Assembly: GCA_019057795.1 (NCBI GenBank)
Contig: JAHLWS010000082.1
Coordinates: forward strand, 125,716 to 189,715
DNA: 64,000 bases
Direction of reading: 5' to 3'
Origin: Promethearchaeota archaeon
GTDB taxonomy: Archaea > Asgardarchaeota > Lokiarchaeia > Sigyniarchaeales > SOKP01
The position numbers and the translations under genes are program-made. Below, piece by piece: positions 41,020 through 48,884 of this stretch. Position 1 is the stretch's first letter. Each line of letters opens with the position of its first letter. The notes under the pieces are model-generated. The model was not told the origin of the DNA, did no database searches, and worked only from the letters and a program-made list of their open reading frames with translations.

Positions 41020-42636
41020 ATGGAGATCATTATATTAATAATAGCATTATCAGATTGGAGAGTTCAAAATATTGGACTTTTTCTTGATTATTTAGAAGAA
41101 TTAGAGGAAAAACCAGATGTTATAGTCTATGCTGGCGATGATATAGAACGATTTAATCGAGTGGAATACAGATTTTTGCCAAATGAAGAAAAAAAAGAAC
41201 GAAGGAATCGATTTATTGAGAAGAATCAATCATTTAAAGCATTAGATAAAAAATCCTTAGAAGATAATATCCAAAAATATGAAAATGAAACCAAGAGTGA
41301 TGTAAATAAATTTGAAAAAATAGCGAACTATTCAAAATATGGTTTGTGTGCAGTTGCAGGAAACGACGATCCTCCTTATTATAAAAATGCAATAAATGGA
41401 AAAAACGTGCATAATATACACGATAACCCAATCGTTATCGACAACTTTGCATTAATTGGGATAGAAGGAACTGTTAGTGAAATAGGTACACTTTTACATA
41501 CTGAAAAAGAAGTGAAGACTCATTTGAAAAATATGGTAAATCGAGTTGGTAATAAGCAATTAATTATCGTTTCACATTCCCCACCATTTAAAATCCTTGA
41601 TTTCGCTATGAGATTTGGCAAAAGTCATATAGGTTCTACTTCGTTAAGAAATTTTATTGATAAGTATACTGATAGAACAAGAATGGTAATTTCAGGGCAT
41701 GTTCACTTACAGGGAGGAAAATCCGAGAAATTTAAAGACACATTAGTTGTAAATTGTGCGTCTCATGATTTTCCTGGATCTCCCGGAAAGGTAGCTATTA
41801 TAGATATCTCTCCTAGTAGTGTTGATATAAAATGGAAAACCCATTATGGTTTAATGGATGTTCCTTTCGTTGCAGAAAAAAGGGCTGAAGTATTAAAAGA
41901 AAATGGAATTAGACGTATGAAACAACTGGCAGCATTATCTTTCGATGACCCTTTATCCAAAAAAATCGGGTCCTTTCCTTTAATCGTTACTTATGCGAAA
42001 GCAATAATTTCTAATAAAATCATAGTTAAAAAAGGTATCAAGTCTGCTTTTGATACCATTGAAAGCGAAAATATCTACTTCTTTGATGCGGAGTATAACA
42101 CAGCGACTACACGCTCTGGACCATACGGTATTTTTCTTTTAGGATGGATGGATATAAATGGAAAAATACAACAATTATTTCTTGATAATCCTCAGGATGA
42201 GAAGAAAATGTTAAAAAACTTCTCAGAATGGGTAGAGAGAGAAAATCCATTATTTATAGCGTACGGTTCGAAAACTGCTGATGTTCCCCATTTGCGTAAT
42301 TGTTTTTCTAGGTTTGAAATGTCCTTTAAGCATATAGAAAATTCATTTTTCGATCTCTATGGTGATTTACTCTATACTCAAAGTTATAAGAAACAAAAAT
42401 ATTTTTTACCCATACCAACTCCTTGCGGGCTTAAAGATGTCTCTAAGTTTTTAGGTTTTCCCCCATCAGATTTGAAATTGTCTATTGGTATTGAAGCTCC
42501 ATTGGAATATGAAAAGTTCTTAAGAAAAAGAAATAAATCTGCTAAGGAAAAAATTAAAAACGATCTAATGAGTTATAATCAGGACGATCTGAAAAGAACC
42601 AAATATATTTATGACTGTATGAAGAAAAAAATCTGA
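41020..42636 (+). CDS. Metallophosphoesterase - HhH - RNase H-like (YprB/RNase_H_2) exonuclease fusion
   Basis: AGDD, AGNDD, SHSPP, SGHVH; VPFVAEKRAEVL; FFDAEY, LKDV, YNQDDL. Confidence 0.75.
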   Translation: MEIIILIIALSDWRVQNIGLFLDYLEELEEKPDVIVYAGDDIERFNRVEYRFLPNEEKKERRNRFIEKNQSFKALDKKSLEDNIQKYENETKSDVNKFEKIANYSKYGLCAVAGNDDPPYYKNAINGKNVHNIHDNPIVIDNFALIGIEGTVSEIGTLLHTEKEVKTHLKNMVNRVGNKQLIIVSHSPPFKILDFAMRFGKSHIGSTSLRNFIDKYTDRTRMVISGHVHLQGGKSEKFKDTLVVNCASHDFPGSPGKVAIIDISPSSVDIKWKTHYGLMDVPFVAEKRAEVLKENGIRRMKQLAALSFDDPLSKKIGSFPLIVTYAKAIISNKIIVKKGIKSAFDTIESENIYFFDAEYNTATTRSGPYGIFLLGWMDINGKIQQLFLDNPQDEKKMLKNFSEWVERENPLFIAYGSKTADVPHLRNCFSRFEMSFKHIENSFFDLYGDLLYTQSYKKQKYFLPIPTPCGLKDVSKFLGFPPSDLKLSIGIEAPLEYEKFLRKRNKSAKEKIKNDLMSYNQDDLKRTKYIYDCMKKKI

Positions 42637-42736
42637 AATATCTAGAAAATAAATATTCGATCGTTGAAAGCGTATTAGATGACAATAATTTTGTTGTATT
42701 TTAAATCAAATAATTGGATTCCTATTTAAACCAACT

Positions 42737-43156
42737 CTAAAGGGGAAACCATGGCAATCTACATCCTTCTAGGCAGAGTAAACTTGCTACGGAATTCGTG
42801 AATTGTGTTAAACTCAACCTTCCTTCAACATTTTCAAACAGAATGGGATATGTCCCAGGCCACTCTAAATTCTCAATTTGCTCAAAAGTAACGCTTGGAT
42901 CAATCATTTGCATTACCTCAAACAATCCATAAGGACCTTCACCGCAATACCCCCAAGTCAAACCAGACATCCACAATTGAGCATTTTCGCCAATTATAAT
43001 AACATATTGATGATAAAGTTCTGGATTCAACTGCCATTCTCGCTCTGCGAAGTAAAGAACAATATATTTAACCTTATCCACCTTATTAAAATGTTCCTTA
43101 AAAAATCTCAGAGCGTCTCGAGTAGACTTTAACGAACCTTGTTTAATAATTTGCAT
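42737..43156 (-). CDS. Hypothetical protein (WGYxGxGP motif, seen in mobile-element proteins)
   Basis: SGLTWGYCGEGPYGL; TATA-like box ~22 nt upstream. Confidence 0.55.
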   Translation of the reverse strand: MQIIKQGSLKSTRDALRFFKEHFNKVDKVKYIVLYFAEREWQLNPELYHQYVIIIGENAQLWMSGLTWGYCGEGPYGLFEVMQMIDPSVTFEQIENLEWPGTYPILFENVEGRLSLTQFTNSVASLLCLEGCRLPWFPL

Positions 43157-43269
43157 AATAGTATGTTAGAATAAAAGTATTTAAAAGAAAAAATAAATCG
43201 ATCCAAAGAAAAATAATTATAAAATCTTATTTTACCGCGACTCGGTTGAAAATAGAACAAATCAGCTTA

Positions 43270-43412
43270 ATCCCAAAAAACTGGATTGGATTATCGATAA
43301 AATTGATCCAGACATTATCATACATGTTCATACAGAAAATTTAGATTGGTTTAAAGAATGTTATGGAGATAAAGCAAAAATTTTAAAAAAAGGAAAGAAA
43401 ATAATCATATAA
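43270..43412 (+). pseudogene. C-terminal fragment of an RNase J/MBL beta-CASP protein
   Basis: PKKLDWIIDKIDPDIIIHVHTENLDWF...* resembles the P..IIPVHTE terminal motif; no start codon. Confidence 0.55.
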
Positions 43413-43462
43413 GAATTACACAAATTAAGTTGAGCAATTTATCATAGAATGTGTGAGAAAAG

Positions 43463-43627
43463 ATGAAGGATGAAGATAAAGTAAAATTATGGGAATATCA
43501 CGAAGCTAATATGAAGCCAAAAATGATTGCTAAAGAATTAGGTTATAGTGTTTCGACAATTAAAAGAGTTATTGAAGAATATCAAGATATAAAGGACATA
43601 CAACTTGAGAGAGAAGAAGATTTATAA
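43463..43627 (+). CDS. Small helix-turn-helix protein (54 aa)
   Basis: MKDEDKVKLWEYHEANMKPKMIAKELGYSVSTIKRVI...; below ORF-track cutoff. Confidence 0.65.
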   Translation: MKDEDKVKLWEYHEANMKPKMIAKELGYSVSTIKRVIEEYQDIKDIQLEREEDL

Positions 43628-43634
43628 TTAATAA

Positions 43635-46600
43635 TTATTCTTGAAATAGTCTCTTATTCACTTCTCTCGCATTAAAAAAACCCTTATGAAAGAGTAAATC
43701 TGCAATATCTTCATACTGAACCTTGAAATCCTGGGTCTCATGTTTTCTACTTATTTCCTTAAGAATATCTATTATAATACTTTCAGTATTAGTATATAGC
43801 CATGTTAGGGGTTTTCCTTTTAATAATTTAATGATAATCCTAAGAACTCCAAAACTATTTAGTTCAATATAATTCAACAATATTTTTAAAATGAAATGAG
43901 GAAAAATATCTAAATTCCCTTTTGTTAGATCTAAAACTTCATCTAATAATTGGAGGTAAATATCCTCAACATCTAATTTTTCAAACAACAATCCATACCA
44001 GTGAAATTCTTTAAATTTTTCTTCAGAGGTTAAACCTTCATCAGATTTTGCTTTCCTTATCCTGAATTCCCATAATTCCATAATCCTCTCAATAATTTCA
44101 TCCTTTTTATCTAATTCACTTGCACGATCAAAAACTTTTATTGTATGCCACATAGCTCTTGAACGCAATTCAGGAGTTGCGTTTGAAAAAAACAGTCTTA
44201 TAATGGAACCTGCTTGTAAATCTTCGATTGCATTAACAAATAAAAGTACAATGTGATATGCTAAATTTTCTAATGCTCTTTCAGTGTATAAAGTGCTTGA
44301 CATATCAACAATAGCAGTTAGGTAATGATCATACATATGGCTATATATGTATCCATTTAGATTATTATACGAAATATAACTCTCCCATGCGATTTTCCAT
44401 ATTTCTTTATTATCTACTGAAAAAATGATAGAAATTTTAGAAGTTGCCCAATCTTTATTTAAGTAAAAAATATCAAAAAGTCTATATGATATAATAGAAT
44501 AGTCAATAATGGCAGTGTCTGTATTTGGGTCTAGAATTTCTTCTAGTTTTTCTTTTACCTCGGGTACCATCCTATCATTTTCATTTAGACTGAAGAGTTT
44601 AGCACAATACAAAGCATATGCTAGAAAAGTTCTTAATACAGATCCTCTAAATGTATTTATAGAAAATATGACATAATCTTCATACCCTGAATCTTTAATA
44701 TCAAATAAATCTAATTCTGGAACGCTTATATCAAAGGAATAAGAAATAATTTCCCATATTTTGCTAATAATTTCTGTGTTAATTGTAAGGTCATCGCGAC
44801 TGAGAATCTCTCTCAAAAACGTAAGCATTGCTTTCCAGATATCCAATTTACTAGAATCTCCGAGGTCATACTTGTATTTATTAAAAATCTCGATTATTAC
44901 TTGGATGATTTCGAGTGCATTAAACTCAATTCCGTCTTTAATAGCGTGCTTATAACCTTCAATTATATATGGAATATATATTATAGGAATATCTTGAAAG
45001 TCCTTTATGAGCTGCTTATATTTTGAAGGATTTTTTGTAATCACTTTACTTATAAAGACACCTAATCCATCTTTAGAAGTAAGAAATTCATTATCACCTG
45101 GACTCCAGTCATTTAAGTATCTAATAAGTTCATGAATAGATAAATTTTCAATTTGTTCGATTGTCAATGGTGATCCTGAAAAAAATCTTGGTTGTTGTGT
45201 TAATTTTTCCTTTTCAGAAGGTTTAACCTTTATAGTTGAGGTCATTAACTCATTATAAATTTCTTTTAAATCCGAGGGAAGATGTGTTTTTAATGGTTCT
45301 AAAATACTTTTTAACCAATTTGATCTAGTGCGTTGCTTCCACTTCTGAAATTCGGTTTCATTTGAAAAATCCTCTATTTTATAGGGGTATTTTAAAAAAT
45401 CTGGTCCATCTCTTAACCAATTAAAAATTAATAATTTTTCCTCTTCAGAAAGTTTAAGAAAATGATTACATAATAGCTCATGGTATTCAATCCAATAAAT
45501 ATTATCTTCAAAAAATTGTTTATTAGTAAGACTGGTGTATAAATTACTTTCTAATTGCTTAGGATATAAGTTAACCAAATATAGTTCGATTCTTCTAAAA
45601 ATGGTCCATTTAAATTCAGAAAGAACTTTAAAATTAGAAATGAGAAGTACATTACTCTCTTCAGCTATTTTTTCATAATAATGTAAAATTAGATTTATTA
45701 GATAATTTTTAGTATCTTTTATCGCATGCAAACGAGAAACAGAATCAAGTGATCTCCTCCATCTTTCAGATTTATCTTTATATGTATCATTTTCAATATA
45801 GAATTCCGAACTTAATTTTATATCTAATGAAGAGCTGATTATTCGTATGAATCTATTTAAAGAATTTTCAATCTCAATTTCTATAATATTGGTAATGAAA
45901 TCCTCGAAATCAGAGAGTAAAAAATGAAATTTGTAGTCAATATTTCTGTTTTCTACTTTTATTGCCGGTTCTTCTGTACTAAAGATAATTTTAATTAAAT
46001 TATAAGCTACATCCAGTTCTTCTTCTAATATAAATTTATTAACCATTTTCTTTAAAATGACATATTCTTGAATTGAAGAATAATATTTTATCCATTTTTC
46101 AATAATTGGCAGTGCATTCTGCGAGATTTTCACAGGCATATTGTACAAACATTCGAAAAGAGGTCTAAATATTCTGTAATTCTTAGTATTTTCAAGATTT
46201 TTGATTACATTAAATACTTTTTCAGGAATAAGGTGAGATATCCTTATTAAATAATTTACAGGGGGCCAAATAGAAATCATTAAGAAGCCTTCTATTGATT
46301 CTGCTTCAGGTTCAGAAAACAAATTCCTTTTTTCCAATAGATCAAACCATTTAGAGGAAGAAAGTCTCGTAAAGAAATATTGTGAATGAGTAGGATGATT
46401 TAATAGTTGTAGCAATTTTTTTATATGAATTTGTTCAGGAACATCAATTTCTAATAGATCATCTAATTCTTGTAAAATTTCCTTATTCGGTTTTAATACT
46501 TCATACACAATATATTCAAATTCGGTTAGATTCTCCTCAAATTCAATATCTTTAGTAGTTATATCATGGCTTGCTAACTTAGAAAAGTATTCACAAAGAT

Positions 46601-47405
46601 CTCTTAACTTATTAAATAATGATGATATCCTTTCAAAAGCTGGTTTTGGGAGCAATTCAGTATTTTTTATGAATCCATCTTTTAAATTGCTTAACATTTT
46701 ACAAATATACAAGAGTGAATTTGCTGATTGAGAAAATCTATTTACATGTTTCTCATTTTTAAAGGTTAATTTTGCACCTTTATAATTTTCTGCAGCAATA
46801 TCATCTAGTTTGAGTAACCTAGAAATTAGTTTATTTTCCCTGATACCTGTTAATTCCTCGGGCTTTTCTAAGTTATCTAGTAATTTAGAAATAATATCTG
46901 CTGGTATAATTAAATCTGAATAAGTCCTCCTAATTTCGGGAAATTGATCAAGAAATCTTTTAATCTCTTCAGCACCCCAAATATGAATATTTGGAATGAC
47001 TTTTTTGAACTTAGGTAATATTTCATTCTCAATTTTATCTTTTGTGCCTGTTTGATAAACTGGAGAGAGAGATACATTCGTTATAAGAATGTAATTATCA
47101 CAAGGGTATTTGTATTTGTTTATAATTTTATTTAATTCATCATCAATATCTTGTTTAATTGCCTCTCTTGCTTTTTCCATCCCAATTTGATCTATATCAT
47201 GAAATTTTGCTTGAAATATCCATTTGCCATTCCAGCGTGCAGGTTCAGAAGGATATGGTGCTTCACCTTCGAATGTGGCTTCTCGAGATCCATCCTTACC
47301 CATTCCAAATACTTTAGCGCCTGGGCCTATTACCCTTTGAACTAAGGCTTGAGATAAGAACTCAAATTCTTCTGAGCCTAATTTATTAAGATTATATTTT
47401 GGCAT
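43635..47405 (-). CDS. Large protein: N-terminal restriction endonuclease-like domain plus long alpha-helical region
   Basis: FEFLSQAL...GKDGSREATF...IFQAKF PD-(D/E)xK variant; no P-loop found. Confidence 0.7.
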   Translation of the reverse strand: MPKYNLNKLGSEEFEFLSQALVQRVIGPGAKVFGMGKDGSREATFEGEAPYPSEPARWNGKWIFQAKFHDIDQIGMEKAREAIKQDIDDELNKIINKYKYPCDNYILITNVSLSPVYQTGTKDKIENEILPKFKKVIPNIHIWGAEEIKRFLDQFPEIRRTYSDLIIPADIISKLLDNLEKPEELTGIRENKLISRLLKLDDIAAENYKGAKLTFKNEKHVNRFSQSANSLLYICKMLSNLKDGFIKNTELLPKPAFERISSLFNKLRDLCEYFSKLASHDITTKDIEFEENLTEFEYIVYEVLKPNKEILQELDDLLEIDVPEQIHIKKLLQLLNHPTHSQYFFTRLSSSKWFDLLEKRNLFSEPEAESIEGFLMISIWPPVNYLIRISHLIPEKVFNVIKNLENTKNYRIFRPLFECLYNMPVKISQNALPIIEKWIKYYSSIQEYVILKKMVNKFILEEELDVAYNLIKIIFSTEEPAIKVENRNIDYKFHFLLSDFEDFITNIIEIEIENSLNRFIRIISSSLDIKLSSEFYIENDTYKDKSERWRRSLDSVSRLHAIKDTKNYLINLILHYYEKIAEESNVLLISNFKVLSEFKWTIFRRIELYLVNLYPKQLESNLYTSLTNKQFFEDNIYWIEYHELLCNHFLKLSEEEKLLIFNWLRDGPDFLKYPYKIEDFSNETEFQKWKQRTRSNWLKSILEPLKTHLPSDLKEIYNELMTSTIKVKPSEKEKLTQQPRFFSGSPLTIEQIENLSIHELIRYLNDWSPGDNEFLTSKDGLGVFISKVITKNPSKYKQLIKDFQDIPIIYIPYIIEGYKHAIKDGIEFNALEIIQVIIEIFNKYKYDLGDSSKLDIWKAMLTFLREILSRDDLTINTEIISKIWEIISYSFDISVPELDLFDIKDSGYEDYVIFSINTFRGSVLRTFLAYALYCAKLFSLNENDRMVPEVKEKLEEILDPNTDTAIIDYSIISYRLFDIFYLNKDWATSKISIIFSVDNKEIWKIAWESYISYNNLNGYIYSHMYDHYLTAIVDMSSTLYTERALENLAYHIVLLFVNAIEDLQAGSIIRLFFSNATPELRSRAMWHTIKVFDRASELDKKDEIIERIMELWEFRIRKAKSDEGLTSEEKFKEFHWYGLLFEKLDVEDIYLQLLDEVLDLTKGNLDIFPHFILKILLNYIELNSFGVLRIIIKLLKGKPLTWLYTNTESIIIDILKEISRKHETQDFKVQYEDIADLLFHKGFFNAREVNKRLFQE

Positions 47406-47718
47406 GGGGTAATTAAGAGTGTGTTTTTAGTTAGATATCTGATTATTTTATTGACTGAGTTAATTAGATTTTTTCACATATTTAAGAATTTAGGATTATG
47501 TTATTAGGCGAAAATTTTGAAAAAGAGCAATATTATTTTAACCTTATGAAGAGAGGAGTGTTTTATGATCTCTAATCTTTCTTCTTCATTTGCATTTAAT
47601 AGACGCTCTCGGAAGTGTTTTCTTCTTTCAATCGCATAATCTATCCATGCAAAATGAATTCTAACATTTTCGGGATTCCTTGATATGATAATTTGATTTC
47701 AATGATAGAAATTCAAAT

Positions 47719-48510
47719 CTAAATAAAAGCATATTTAGAATTATTAATAAGTTTATGGAGAAAATGTGCTATACCTAAATAGCTAATTTCAACTGTTTTT
47801 TCTTTTTTATCTTTAGGATTTGGATGAATGTTCAAAGCTGAAATTTTATTTAGTTTTTGGAGATAACCATTTAAAGATCCTCTAGATAAAGACTCATTCC
47901 TTTTATTTTCTAAAGCTTGCTTAATTTCTTCTAATGAATCATACATTTTTCGATTATACAATAACGGATTATCATTAAAAGATTGTTCTTGCTTGAAGAA
48001 ATCAAGACAATTTTCATAAACACCAAAAAATAACTCTAGAAATTCGAACTGTTTAACTGATATCAGTGGAAAAGGAATGGTAGGTAAATTCATATTCGAG
48101 TAAATTCCCACTTCTTCACTTCCTTCGTATATGAAATCACCGTGAATAATCCTTGTATTAGTTATAGAACAAGCTATATATAACCAAATAACCATATATC
48201 TCAATCCTCCAGATATATTTACCGTAACATTATCGAATCCTTGAAGTTTTTGCTGGTAAATAAAGTGTGTTAATTCTGCTATCGGTTTTGTTTGAATATG
48301 AAAGTCGAATTCAACAGTTTGAACAAAGATTTTACGTTCCTCATAATATTTTATTAATTTATTGAGATTTTTTTTTGCTTCAGGTGTACCGGATAGAGGT
48401 TGTTTTTCCGTAATTAAGGTTATTTTATGGATAATCTCCTTATCAATAGAATAAATAAGTTTTTCTGGTAAATGTCCCACTAAAACAATTTGATTGTAAT
48501 TTCCATTCAT
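47719..48510 (-). CDS. Csa3/DUF6293-like CARF-domain winged-helix transcriptional regulator
   Basis: N-terminal IVLVGH strand, VNISGGLRYM CARF motif, C-terminal SRGSLNGYLQKL...KTVEISYLG wHTH. Confidence 0.75.
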   Translation of the reverse strand: MNGNYNQIVLVGHLPEKLIYSIDKEIIHKITLITEKQPLSGTPEAKKNLNKLIKYYEERKIFVQTVEFDFHIQTKPIAELTHFIYQQKLQGFDNVTVNISGGLRYMVIWLYIACSITNTRIIHGDFIYEGSEEVGIYSNMNLPTIPFPLISVKQFEFLELFFGVYENCLDFFKQEQSFNDNPLLYNRKMYDSLEEIKQALENKRNESLSRGSLNGYLQKLNKISALNIHPNPKDKKEKTVEISYLGIAHFLHKLINNSKYAFI

Positions 48511-48591
48511 GAGTAACTATTTTTTCTTTATATAAATCTAAGTTTATATATTTCATTAAAATTATTATTTATAAATTAATAACATTTTTTA

Positions 48592-48603
48592 TAAACATGT
48601 TTA
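48592..48603. promoter_or_regulatory. Perfect palindrome TAAACATGTTTA in the divergent promoter region
   Basis: Lies between the TATA-like box of the regulator (48529-36) and that of the operon (~48626-40). Confidence 0.4.
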
Positions 48604-48692
48604 CTTTTTTTTAGATATATATATGAAAAAGTATATAAACGAACAAATTCACTTTGTGACATGTATTAAGAGATAATAAAAGGCGACCGGTT

Positions 48693-48884
48693 ATGAGTTT
48701 AGATAATTTAATAATGAGAAAAAAGGAAAGTAATTTGAAATTATTTAAAACAACTAATGGAAAAAAATTTAATGAGATAAAGGTCAGTCATGATTTAAAT
48801 AATAATGAATATATAATCAAATTAAAGACAATTTTTTTGCTTTTTCGCTATAAAATTGAAATAAGGTGTGAAAATGGGCGCTGA
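48693..48884 (+). CDS. Small hypothetical protein, possible first gene of the operon
   Basis: ORF track; overlaps the next start. Confidence 0.35.
   Translation: MSLDNLIMRKKESNLKLFKTTNGKKFNEIKVSHDLNNNEYIIKLKTIFLLFRYKIEIRCENGR

Noticed and set aside
41711-41730. GGAAAATCCGA match to the uvrA breakpoint as an att duplicate
   Set aside because: Only ~11 bp, inside an intact CDS; expected by chance
26250-47405. Integron cassette array
   Set aside because: Genes are in mixed orientation, no recurring attC-like sites were recognised and there is no integron integrase in the window
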